A stretch of DNA of 37,722 bases from Chiloscyllium plagiosum (taxonomy: Eukaryota): assembly GCF_004010195.1 (NCBI RefSeq), contig NC_057750.1:10018259-10055980 (forward strand). Reading direction: 5' to 3'. Shown piece by piece: positions 23,875 to 34,750 of this stretch (positions within the stretch are counted from its first letter, which is position 1; the number at the start of each line of letters is the position of its first letter). Below the pieces are notes generated by a model. That model saw only the letters and a program-made list of their open reading frames with translations, was not told the origin of the DNA and searched no databases. A program made the position numbers and the translations under genes.

Positions 23875-24650
23875 CTCATAGAGTTGTACAGAACAGAAAC
23901 TGACCCTTCAGTCCAACTCGTCCATGCTGACCAGATATCCTAAATTAATCTAGTCCCATTTGCCAGCACTTGGCCCCTATCCCTCTAAACCCTTCCTATA
24001 TATGTCCCCAACCAGATGGCTTTTAAATGTTGCAATTGTACCAGCCTCCACCACTTCCTCTGGCAGCTCATTCTGTACATGTACCACCTTCTGCGTGAAA
24101 ATGTTGCCCCTCAGGTCCCTTTTATATCTTTTCCCTTTCACCCTAAACCTATGCCCTCGAGTTCTGGACTCCCTCACCACGGGGAAAACACCTTGCCTAT
24201 TCACCCTATCCATGTCCCTCATGATTTTATAAACCACTATAAGGTCACCCCTCAGCCTCCGACGCTCGAGGGAAAACAGCCCCAACCTGTTCAGCCTCTC
24301 CCTGTCGTTCAAACCCTCCAACTCTGGCAACATCCTGGTAAATCTTTTCTGAACCCTTTCAAGTTTTACGATGTTAAAAATCACACAACACCAGGTTATA
24401 GTCCAACAGGTTGTATAGTCCAGGTTATATACACGAGGTTATATAGTCCACCAGGTTATAGTCCAACAGATTTAATTGTCACAACCACCTGATGAAGGCA
24501 CAGGGCTCCGATAACTAGTGCTTCCAATTAAAGCTGTTGGACTATAACTTGGTATTGTGTGATTTTTAAATTTGTACACCCCACGCCAACACCGGCTCCT
24601 CCAAATCAAGTTTTACGACACATTTCTTATATCAGGGAGACCAGAATGAC
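23875..24650 (-). mobile_element. CR1-type LINE 3' end with nested insertion at 24372-24605
   Basis: ORF 23977-24384: VKLERVQKRFTRMLP...RRRLRGDLI...RTRGHRFRVKG. Confidence 0.92.
24372..24605 (+). mobile_element. Inverted-arm Penelope terminal-repeat insertion (family B)
   Basis: Similar to 10120-10324. Degenerate core cac-CTGATGA-aggcacagggctcc-GATAACTA-gtg at ~24486-24520. 13-bp TSD tcaagttttacga at 24359-24371 and 24606-24618. Confidence 0.85.
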
Positions 24651-24970
24651 CTTATTCCCTTTGAAGGCCTCAATTAATCCTGCCTCATCCACACTATGTT
24701 CCCAGTCTTAACTGCTCGCTGCTGGTTTTGCTGATTGCTTTAATTCTGTGCCCTCTCGTTCTCCATCCTGTCATGGGCGAGAACCTCCCTCCTCTGTCCT
24801 CCTCTTTCCCGTGACCTGACCCCTCATTATCTCGAATGTCCCAGATGCCAACTGTGCGGGTTGCAACTACCCTGTTGTGCGCCAAACAGTGATCTGCTAT
24901 TGGAGCAGAAAGCCCCTTTCCCATCCAGTCATCATCAGGTTGCGGTCTGTGGCAGTTTATTGTGCTGCCG

Positions 24971-25270
24971 CATAGAGTCATAGTGATGTACAGCACAGAA
25001 ACGAGAGGTCAGTGACGCTAAATGTTAACTGTACTTCCCTCTCTGCAAATGCTGCCTGACCTTCCAGCAGTTATAGAGTCATAGAGATGTACAGGACGGA
25101 AACAGACTCTTTAGTCCAACTCGTCCATGCCGACCTGATATCCCAACCCAATCTAGTCCCGTTTGCCAGCACTTGGCCCATATCCCTCTAAACCCTTCCC
25201 ATTCATATACCCATCCAGATGCCTTTTAAATGCTGTAATTGTACCAGCCTCCACCACTTCCTCTGGTAAC
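24971..25270 (-). mobile_element. Composite: CR1 tail + Penelope family-C fragment + CR1 tail
   Basis: CR1 3' end at 25075-25270, PLE piece at 25001-25074, second tail end at 24971-25000. Confidence 0.8.
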
Positions 25271-25504
25271 AATATTTAACATTGAATTATGACCTTGCCT
25301 GCCTTCTCGTTGTCTGCTGTTTGAATATCTTCAAGGCAGAGACTGAAGCATTTTTAAGTTTTAAAGATATTGAGGGTCATTGGGAACGGAGTGGGAAAAT
25401 GGCATTGAGATACAAAAGTCAGCCATGGTCTGGACTGGCACAGCAGATATGAGGGGCCGAAGAGTCTTGTTTCTCACCTTCCTACCTCTCTGTGTTAAAA
25501 ACCC

Positions 25505-25700
25505 CCGAGGGAGAGGAGGGGAGTGCTACTGGGGCCTGTATTCCTCATTCAGCGCAAAAGTAAACAGAGGATCTGGACATTATCACGTTGATCTTTTTGG
25601 GATCTTGCTGTGTACAAATTGAAAGCTGCATTTCTGACGGGACGACAGGGACTAAAAGAACCTCATTGGCTGCAAAATGCTTTGGGATGTGAACGCTTTG
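25505..25700 (+). mobile_element. DeuSINE-like (SacSINE1/AmnSINE1-type) 3' relic
   Basis: atctggacattatcacgttg...gggatcttgctgtgtacaaattg...ctcattggctgcaaaatgctttgggatgt follows the recalled DeuSINE 3' consensus collinearly. Confidence 0.65.
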
Positions 25701-26100
25701 CAACGCTTGAGCACCCTGGACTGTACCCTCTGCTCAATTCGTTCTGTGGAAACATTCAGCTCCTCAGTGACAGGGTTGGTCAAGACGTTTTATCGGTCGT
25801 TTGGCAGAAGAGTTTTAAATTAATTCAGAGGCGCTGAATGTGAGGGACAGATAAGTGTTGTGCTATATGGGTTGGGAGGTTGTGAGGGGCAATCAGTCTC
25901 AGGTCAGAATCTGTCTCCTCACCTCCTCAGTGGGTCTCCAAAGATTCAGTGCTGCCTGTGAGGTTGCAAGTGTCCCATATCAAATGGGCTTAAGTTTCTT
26001 ACATCAGGTTGTAAGCCGTCCTTTGTTACCCTCACAGGAAGGCTGATAGAGAGTGGATGACTCGCACACCCCGTGCGACTTCTACACTGCGAGAGCATGA

Positions 26101-26518
26101 TAGGAACAGCGTAGAGAAAGCTTTACTCTGTATCTAACTCCGTGCTATCCCTGCCCTGGGAGTGTTTGATGGAGGACAGTGTAGAGGGAGCTTTACTCTG
26201 TATCAAACCCCGTACTATCCCTGCCCTGGGATTGTTTGATGGGGGACAGTGTAAAGGAAGCTTTACTCTGTATCTAACCCCGTGCTATCCCTGCCCTGGG
26301 AGTGTTTGATGGGGACAGTGTAGAGGGAGCTTTACTCTGTATCTAACCCTGTGCTGTCCCTGTTTTGGGAATGTTTGATGCGGACAGTGTAGAGAAAATT
26401 TTACTCTGTATCTAACCCTGTGTTGTCCCTGTCCTGGGAGTGTTTGATGGGCACAGTGTAGAGAGAACTTTACTCTGTATCTAACCCTGTGCTGTCCCTG
26501 TCTTGGGAGTGTTCAATG
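26101..26518 (+). repeat. Tandem array, 6 x 69-70 bp (gggacagtgtagagggagctttactctgtatctaaccccgtgctatccctgccctgggagtgtttgatg)
   Basis: The ctttactctg anchor recurs at 26121, 26191, 26261, 26330, ~26399 and 26468. Confidence 0.95.
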
Positions 26519-27139
26519 TAGATTATGTCAACCCTTGATTGAAATGATTTATCATTTGCCAGTGTTGGTTATAAATTCTGTCAGTGTTGGTGCATGTTTT
26601 GTTACCAGGAACAAATTGCTGTCCTGTTAGTATTCTGGACCATTGCCGATGGGAAAGAAGTGAATAAATTTCATGTGAGTCTTTCTTTGCATGAAAGGTG
26701 TGCCTGATGGTCATGTGTGGAAATTTTGGAATTCCTGGAGCTGGTTTTCCTGTGAATGCGAAATGGTGATGTAACACTTTGTTTGAACTTTATCTTGCCT
26801 GTCCTGTGATGAGATCATTGAGTGTTGGAGAGAGATGAGCAAGGTAGCACTCACTACAATGGTTGCAATTTCTTATTTTAGGACCATAAATACCTCCAAC
26901 CAGGCCACTGTTGTGTGCCCAAATCGCCAGGCAAATTCCCTTAATTTGTTGTAGTTTCAGGTAGCATAAACCAAACTATTCAGCTGAAAGGATTTGAAAT
27001 GCCTCCCCTTAATTGTTCACATGCCCCCTTGCACCGAGGTTATTTGAGAAAGGATCCCTCCCCTTGGGGGTACCTTCCTCCCAGACCAAAATTAACTTGC
27101 AGTTTAAAAGAAAGGGAGAAGTAATGGCCAAATGGTGTT

Positions 27140-27445
27140 ATTAGATTACTTACAGTGTGGAAACAGGCCCTTCGGCCCAAGAAGTCCGCACCAACCATCC
27201 GAAGCGCAACCCACTCAGACCCATTCCCCTACATTTACCCCTTCACCTAACACTAGGGGCAATTTAGCCTGGCCAATTCACCTAACCTGCACATCTTTGG
27301 ATTGTGAGAGGAAACTGGAGCACCCAGAGGAAACCCACGCAGACACAGGGAGAATGTGCAAACTCCACACAGAGAGTCGCCTGAGGCGGGAATTGAACCC
27401 GGTTCTCTGGCGCTGTGAGGCAGTAGTGCTAACCACTGTGCCACC
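27140..27445 (-). mobile_element. HE1-type V-SINE
   Basis: Close reverse complement of 16013-16334. Confidence 0.93.
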
Positions 27446-27539
27446 CACTCTGGGCTATTAAACTATAGAGATTGGTTATGTTCTGAGAACCCAGGTGGCA
27501 TTTGAATTCAGTTGGGATGACCAGGAAACTGTTGTTGGT

Positions 27540-27855
27540 TCATAGAATCCCTACCACGTGGAAGCAGGCCAATCAGCCCATCAAGTAACACTGACCCTCT
27601 GAAGGGCATCTGACCCAAACCCAACCCCTGTAACCTTGCGTTTCCTCACGCTAACTCACCTAGCCTGCACATCCCTGGACACTCTGGGCAATTTAGCATG
27701 ACCACTCCACCCTGAGCTGCACATCTTCGGACTGTGGGAGGAAACCCACGCAGACACAGGGGAGAAGGTGCAAACCCCACACAGTAACCTGAGGCTGGAA
27801 TTGAACCTGAGTAGCTGGCATTGTGAGTGCTAACCACTGAGCCACTGTGCCACCA
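27540..27855 (-). mobile_element. HE1-type V-SINE (older variant)
   Basis: Head, V-domain, duplicated internal subrepeat and tail on the minus strand. Confidence 0.85.
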
Positions 27856-27974
27856 ATCACTAGGAAAATCCCATCTGGTTCATGAATATCAGTTAAGGAA
27901 GGAAGTATACCATCCCTACCCAGTCTGGTCTCGATGTGACTCCAGGCCACAGAAACATGGTTGACAATCAGAGA

Positions 27975-29420
27975 CAGACAGTATAGCACAGGGACAGGCC
28001 CTTCGACCCGCTAAGCCTACACCAACACATGATGCCTTTCTAAACTAAAAGCTATCTTTTTCCTCTATGTGACCTGTATCCCTCTATTTCCTGTCTATTC
28101 ATGTATCTGTCAAAACGCCTCTTAAACATTGCCAAAATATCTGCTCCTGCAATCTCCTCTGCCAGTGCTTTCCAGGAACTTACCACCCTCTATGTTAAAA
28201 AAACTTTCCCCCTTTTATCTTCAGGAGAAAGTGAGGACTGCGGATGCTGGAGATCAGAGTCGAGAGTGCAGTGCTGGCAGCAGGTCAGGCAACATCCGAG
28301 GGGCAGGAGAATCGACGTTGCGGGCATAAGCTCTTCATCAGAAATTCCTGACTCTATCTTTCCTCTCCATACCTCTGATAGCTCATAAACCCCTATCAGG
28401 TTGTCCCTCAGTCTCCAATGTTCAAGATATAACAAACCTTGTTCCCTCTGAGACACCCTCCTCCATTCCACGACCAAAAACACAAGCTGCCCTTCCCACG
28501 GCACCTTCCCATGTAACCGCAGAAGGTGCCGACACCTGCCCCTTCACCTCCTCCCTGCTCACCATCTAAGGATCTAAATAGTCTTCCCAGGTGAAGCAGC
28601 ATTTCACCAGTACCTCCTCCAACCGGGTGCACTGTATTTGTTGCACACAGTGTGGCCTACTCTACATTGGAGAAACCAAACGTCGACTGGGTGACCGCTT
28701 TGTGGAACACCTCCGGTCCATGCACAAGCAGGACCCTGACCTGCCTGCAGCCGGTCATTTTAATCCAGCGTCCTGCTCGCTTGCTCACGTGTCTGTCCTC
28801 GGCGTGCTGCAGTGTTCCACTGAATCCCAGCGCAAACTGGAGGAACAACATCTCATCTTCAGACCAGGCACTTTGCAACCTTCTCGACTCAATATTGAGT
28901 TCAACACCTTCAGATTGTGAACCCATTCCTCCCCTTCCTTTTAGCTCTATGTGTCAAATTCTCTGTCACCACGTTCCCTCTCCCATCCCCCCAAATCCAA
29001 ATGGGACTTTCTGTCCTTCCCAGTCTGACAGTTAGACACACCATTCTCACATTCCGATCACTTAATCTGCACTATCAATGTCTTTTCTCCACTAGCACCT
29101 TACACCCACTACTGCCATAATCCCCCTCCCCAATTATATAAATGCTGCCCCCTGCAGACTTTACTTCAGCTCTGCTGAAGAGTCATCTAGACTTGAAAGG
29201 TTAGCTTGTGTTCTCTCTCTGTGGATGCTGTCTGACCCGCTGTGACCTCCAGCATTTGTTGTTTTCAGTACAGATTCCAGCATCTGCCATAATTTGCTCC
29301 CACGAAGATTGTCTAATCTCTCTTCATAGCTAATACCCTCCAAACTAAGGCAGCATCCTGGTAAACCTTTTCTATAACCTATCCAAAGCCTCCACATCCT
29401 TCTGTGGTGACCAGATCCTT
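27975..29420 (-). mobile_element. CR1-type 3' end split by two Penelope insertions (CR1 parts ~27975-28215, ~28345-28440, ~29305-29420)
   Basis: KGLPGCCLSLEGISYEERLDNL...LYLEHWRLRDNLIGVY pieces occur in order. A family-A piece lies at ~28222-28342. Confidence 0.75.
28440..29302 (+). mobile_element. Penelope-like element 3' part: GIY-YIG endonuclease plus terminal repeat
   Basis: RVHCICCTQCGLLYIGETKRRLGDRFVEHLRS...RKLEEQHLIFRPGTLQPSRLNIEF, with an upstream CNRRRCRHL zinc-linker. Degenerate hammerhead core ctgctga-agagtc-atcta-gactt-gaaaggtt at ~29172-29202. Confidence 0.92.
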
Positions 29421-29424
29421 CAGC

Positions 29425-30780
29425 ATGGTTGGGTGAGTGAGCAGAGTGCAGTATAATTTGGATAAATATGCACTTTGGAAGCAGAAACAAGAAGGCAGAT
29501 TTCTATCTGAATGAGAGAGGGGAGTGTGCAGAGAGGCATGGATGTCCTTGTGTGCCAGTCATAGAATCACAAAGACGCACAGCACAGAAACAGACCCTTT
29601 GATCCAACCCGTCCATGCCGACCAGATATCCCAATCTAATCCAGTCCCATTTGCCAGCACCTGGCCCATATCCCTCTAAACCCTTCCCATTCATATACCC
29701 ATCCAGATGCCTTTTAAATGCTGTAATTGTACCAGCCTCCACCACTTCCTCTGGCAGCTCATTCCATACACACACCACCCTCTGTGTGAAACAGTTGCCC
29801 AAATAGGTGTCTTTTATGTCTTTCCCCTTTCACCCTAAACCTCTGCCCTCCAGTTCTGGACTCCCCCAAACCCAGGGAAAAAGACCTATTTAAAGTCAAA
29901 GGTGATTTCATTTAAGCATGCATAAAATCCTGAGGGGAATTGACTGAGTGGATGCCAAAAGAATGCTTCCTCTTGTAGGAGAATTTAGAAGGGATCATAG
30001 TTTAAAAATCAGAGGCTGCCCATTTACGACAGATGAGAAATCTCTTCCTTTCCTCTGAGTGTTGAATGTCTTTGGAAATCCCTCCCTGAAATCACTGAAG
30101 GTAGGCATGCAGGTGCAGCAGGCGATAAAGGAGGCAAATGGTATGTTGCTCTTCATTGTGAGAGGTTTCGGGTACAGGAGCAGGGGTGTGTTGTTGCAGT
30201 TATACTGGGCCCTGGTGAGGCCACACTATTGTGTGCAGTTGTGGTCTCCTTTTCTGAGGAAGGATACTTTTGCTCTCAAGGGAGTGCAGCGAAGGTTTTC
30301 CAGGCTGATTCCGGGGATGGAGGGACTGATGTACGAGGAGACATTGACTAGGTTAAGGTTAGGGTTACTCTAGACCAGGTTAGGATTGTTTTCACTGGGG
30401 GTTCAGACGTGTGAGGGTGGGGGGGGAATCTCATAGAGACTTATCAAATTCTAACAGGACTAGACGGGGGGTAGATGTAGGGAGGATGTTCCTGATGGTG
30501 GGTGCGTCCAGAACCAGGGGTCACAGTCTGAGGATTTGGGGTGGATCATTGAGGACGGGGATGAGGAGACATTTCTCCATCCAAAGAACGCATGGAATTC
30601 ATTACCACAGGAAGTAGCTGATGCCAAAACATTGAATGTATTCAAGGAGCGACTGAATATAGCACTTGGGGTGAATGTAATTAACGATTATGGGGAGAAA
30701 GAAGGATTAGGCTTTTGAGTTGGATGATCAGCCATGATGGTGATGAATGGGGGAGCAGGCTTGAAGGGCTGAATGGCTTG
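29425..30780 (+). mobile_element. CR1-type LINE 3' portion (29425-29560 continuing at 30090-30780) with nested CR1 pieces
   Basis: gtccttgtgtgccagtca resumes as tcactgaaggtaggcatgcagg; LYWALVRPH..CVQLWSP. A minus-strand CR1 tail is nested at 29558-29890. Confidence 0.82.
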
Positions 30781-30789
30781 ACCAGGTTC

Positions 30790-30957
30790 AGTTTAACATT
30801 TCGAGGTCGAGTGACCAGGGATTCTGAGGAAGGGTCACTCGACCCGAAACGTTAACTCTGATTTCTCTCCACAGGTGCTGCCAGACCTGCTGAGTTTTTC
30901 CAGGAAGTTTGGTTTTGGTCCCCGATTTACCGCATCCACGGTTCTTTCGGGTTTTCA
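30790..30957 (+). mobile_element. Penelope terminal repeat (family C) with short inverted partial copy
   Basis: ttaacatttcgaggtcgagtgacc (30793-30816) is an imperfect reverse complement of ~30833-30855. Confidence 0.8.
30822..30855 (+). ncRNA. Minimal hammerhead ribozyme motif (intact core, family C)
   Basis: TT-CTGAGGA-A-GGGTC-ACTC-GACCC-GAA-ACGT-T-AA: perfect 5-bp stem II and palindromic stem III. Confidence 0.75.
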
Positions 30958-32284
30958 CGAAGCAGCTCACGGCTTGAAGTCGAATTAGTTTAATAAGTCT
31001 GGCATAAAGTGTTGGTCACAATCATGGTAACTCTCAGACGCGTGCTAAAAAAAACCCCATCTGGTTCACGAACGTCGTTCCAAAAAGGAATTCTGGTCCA
31101 CACGTGACCCAAGACGCACGGCAACATGGTTGGCTCTTAAAGGACCAAACCATCCCCCCCAGGCCTCATGGAGTCATAACAGCAAACAGCTAATTGAGTC
31201 CACGTCTGCAAGAAAGCAGCTCAATATTGCTTTCTCAAAGGCAATGAACACTAGCCTTGCCAGAGATGCCCACACCCTATGAATGAATAGAAAGTAAGAG
31301 GACGGACATGTATTTTTAAATGGGTTTATAAAAAGGGATGTCAATTTTATTCCTCAGAGAACATCGCCTTGGATTGGCTTCTGTCTGATTGCTCTGAGGA
31401 ATTGGGAGCTGCGTTATTTTCGGAAAGTTGTACCGAGGAGATGAAATGACTTCTGTGGAAGTGTGGCGAATTTATCAGAACTAAACATCCTCGTTTCCTC
31501 AATTCAGATCTAATAGGAACTATTTTTAAACCATCAACTGGGAGCCGGTCAGGACTGAGGATAAATAAGCAGAAAGTCATGAATGAGTGAAAGAGGTGAT
31601 TGTGGGAAGCAAGTAGATGAATAAGGTTATCCTGGACTCACTGCCTGAGGTTACAGAAAACGCCACCGACATTTCATTTTGTCCTACTTTGTAACTGGAA
31701 TTGCTTTCCACTTCCACCCCACCCCCGCTGGACTTTTCTAGACCAGTTAGTGATTACCCAACCTGGTGGAGAGACAGACCTAGTCTATTTTGGAGTCAAA
31801 AGGCAGTTTAGCTAGGAACGAGCCCTTGGAACCCAATCCACCATTCCTTGGCCAGCAGGGTAATCTGATATCTATGTCCGTCTGGTCGGCAATGTTTCGG
31901 GGAACTCCTTGGTCATGGCCTGTCTCATCGCTGGGAATGGGGGCGGTGAACCAGGATGGCGGTGGGTAAGGCTGGAGTTCTTGCCAACTAACAAGACCTA
32001 GACAGTCATCGGTGGGTCAATCAACACAAGGAGATAACCAAAAGGCCTGGCCAAAGGTGTAGGCCTTCAGGCCTATATTAAATGATAAGAGACTGTGGGG
32101 TGGCGAGATTCAGGGAGGGGCCTAGTTGGCTGAGGGATAGCACAATGCAGGAAAGTGGGGTATGCAGTGAATGTTGGAAGTTTTCTAGAAGGAGTTAGAT
32201 GTAGTTCGCATGGATTAAAGGGTAAGTGGGAGAAATCAGGGACAGAGTGCTGAGTTGGATGATCAGCCATGATTGTATTGATGA

Positions 32285-32675
32285 CGATGAGGAGCCAGTG
32301 TTGGACTGGGGTGGACAAGGTCAGAGGTCACACGACACCAGGTTATAGTCCAACAGGTTCATTGGAAATCACAAGCTTTTGGAGCGCTGCCCCTTCATCA
32401 GGGGAAGTAAATAGAATCACACTGGCATAGAATTTGTGAGCAGAGAGATCAAGAGACCCTACAAACGGTGAGAGTGGAGTGTCGATAGGGGAAATAACAA
32501 GTCTCTGCAGGTGATCAAAAGTGTTGGATGGTGTGAGTGAAGTGTCAACAGCTGAATAGCAGTGAAAGGGTGATCTATGATCCGATTAATTGAGGCAGAG
32601 CGATAATTACAAAAAAAATTAAAATAAGATTGTGCTGGAGGCAAACCAAATGTCAGGAATAACATGATACATATA
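32285..32675 (-). mobile_element. Penelope 3' fragment (family B) splitting a CR1 tail
   Basis: Minus-strand core CTGATGA-A-GGGGC-AGC-GCTCC-AAA-AGCT-T at ~32373-32402; acaccaggttatagtccaacagg terminus. Confidence 0.7.
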
Positions 32676-32741
32676 GGTGTTTTGAATGGCGGGGGGGGGA
32701 AGCTTGAGGGGCTGAATAGCCTATTCTTGCTCCTATTTTAT

Positions 32742-33390
32742 ATGCAGATGCTGGAGATCTGAGTCGAGAGTGTGGCGTTGGAAAAGCACAGCAGGTCAGG
32801 CAGAATCCGAGGAGCAGGAGAATCAATGTTTCAGGCATAAGCCCTTCATCAGAAATGAAGCTTGTGGGCCAAGGGGACTGAGAGATAAATGGGAGGGGAG
32901 TGGGGCTGGGGGGAAGGTAGCTAGGAATGTGATAGGTAGATGGAAGGTGAAGGTGGTAGGTCAGAGAGGAGTGTGGAGTGGAAGGAAGATGGACAGTAGG
33001 ACAGGTCAAGAGGGCGGTGCCGAGTTGGGAAGTTGGGACTGGGATGAGGTGGGGGGGGGGGGGGGGGGGGAAATGAGGAAACTAGTGAAGTCCACATTGA
33101 TCCCGTGTGCTTGAAGTGTCCCGAGGCGGAAGATGAGGCGTTCTTCCTCCAGGTGTCAGGTGATCAGGGTTTGGCGATGGAGGAGGCCCAGGACCTGCAC
33201 GTCCTTGGCGGAGGGGGGAGGGGGAGTTGAAGTGTTCGGCCATGGGGCGGTGGGGTTGGTTGGTGCGGGTGTCCCAGAGATGTCCTCTGAAACAATTCGC
33301 AAGTAGGCGACCTGTCTCCCTGATGCAGAGGAGACCATATTGCGTGCAACAGATGCAGTACATGACCCGTGTGGAAATACAGGTAAATTT
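32742..33390 (-). mobile_element. Penelope-like element 3' part: decayed GIY-YIG plus family-A terminal repeat
   Basis: YCICCTQYGLLCIRETGRLLANCFRGHL...MAEHFNSPS...AKDVQVLGLLH. Hammerhead core at ~32825-32852. Confidence 0.9.
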
Positions 33391-33402
33391 TTCAAAGGAA
33401 CA

Positions 33403-33665
33403 TGTAATGTTCTGGGAACCCAGGTTCGAATTAAATTCAATAAAAATCAGGAATTAGGAGCCTAATGATGACCATGAGTCCATTGTTGGGAAAAAACCCA
33501 TCTGGGTCACTAATCCCCTTTCAGGAAGGAAACTGTCTGGCCCACATGTGACTCCAGACCCACAGCAAAGTGGTTGACTCTTAACTCCGCCTCCCCCGGG
33601 AAATTAGGGACGGGGCAATAAATGCTGGGCCTAGCCAGTGACGCCCTCATCCCATGAATTAATTT
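33403..33665 (+). mobile_element. tRNA-derived SINE (second family), 5'-truncated
   Basis: B box ggttcgaat; body and tail match the reverse complement of 2425-2700. Confidence 0.8.
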
Positions 33666-33689
33666 TAAAACATTAACTACCTATGGATA

Positions 33690-33925
33690 AAATAAACACA
33701 AAATACTGCAGATGCTGGCAGTCTGACACAAAAACAGGACCTGCTGGAGAAACTCAGCACCTCTGACAACATGTGTGGGGAGAAAACAGAGTTCTGAGGA
33801 AGTGTTACTGGACCTGAAATGTTAACACTGATTTCTCTCCACAGATGCTGCCAGACCTGCTGAGCTTTTCCGATAATTTCTGTTTCTATTTCTGATATCC
33901 AGCACCTGCAGTTCTTTCCATTTTT
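33690..33925 (+). mobile_element. Inverted-arm Penelope terminal-repeat insertion (family C, degenerate)
   Basis: Outer arms ctgcagatgctgg...ctcagca / tgctgag...ccagcacctgcag. Core gtt-ctgagga-agtgttactggacct-gaaatgtt-aac. Confidence 0.75.
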
Positions 33926-34104
33926 ATTGACAATTAATTCCACATTGAGAAATGACCTGTGTTTTTAGAACTCTTTCTCTCACTTATATCTACATTTTTC
34001 AGATTAATTTTTGCCTCAGATATTCCCAGTTCCCTGCACCAAAATGTACCTAATCAAAGAACAATTAGCATCTATCACAATCTGATGACCTCCTGAAACT
34101 CTTC

Positions 34105-34530
34105 GTTTAATTCACTCATATGGGATGGGAGCTTTGCTGCCTGGGTCCAAAAGTTATTGCCCGTCCCTAGTTGCCCCTTGAGAAGGTGGTGGTGAGCTGC
34201 CTTCTTGAACCATGCGAAATTGCCCCATAGTATTCAGGAATGTGCAGGTTAGGGTGGATTGGCCATGCTAAATTACTCCATAGTGTTCAGGGATGTGTAG
34301 ATTAGGGTGGATTGGCCATGCTAAATTACCCCATAGTGTTCAGGGATGTGCAGGTTAGGGTGGATTGGCCATGCTAAATTGTCCCATAGTATTCAGGAAT
34401 GTGCAGGTTAGGGTGGATTGGCCATGCTAATCCAGTCTGTGTGCTGTAGGTAGGACCGAGACTGCCCTTAGGAAGGGAGATCCGGGATTGTGACACAGTA
34501 ACTGGGAAGGGATGGTGACATAGTTTGAGT
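34105..34530 (-). mobile_element. CR1-like LINE 3' fragment interrupted by the 53-bp array
   Basis: ttattgcccgtccctagttgccccttgagaaggtggtggtgagctgccttcttgaacc continues after the array as cagtctgtgtgctgtaggta...ttaggaagggagatccgggattgtgac. Confidence 0.65.
34217..34430 (+). repeat. Tandem array, 4 x ~53 bp of the HE1 internal subrepeat
   Basis: aaattgccccatagtattcaggaatgtgcaggttagggtggattggccatgct repeated four times. Confidence 0.95.
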
Positions 34531-34531
34531 C

Positions 34532-34750
34532 GTGTGTGTGTGAGTGAATGTGTGTGAGAGTCAGAGAGTGAGTGCAAATGAGAGAATGTGTGTGTGTGAG
34601 ACAGTGTGCATGTGAGTGAGACAATGTGTGTGTATGTGTGCGTGTGAGAGTGTGTGTGAATGTGAGTGTGTGTGCTTGTGTGTGTCAATATGTCTCTGTG
34701 TGCATCAATGTGTGATTGCGTCTGTATGTGTGATTGTGTCTGTGAGTGTG
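34532..34750. repeat. Degenerate (TG)n microsatellite running into the gap
   Basis: Visible TG/AG-rich low-complexity tract. Confidence 0.9.

Noticed and set aside
26101..26518. CRISPR-like regular repeats
   Set aside because: Contiguous tandem units with no unique spacers, in vertebrate DNA with no cas genes.
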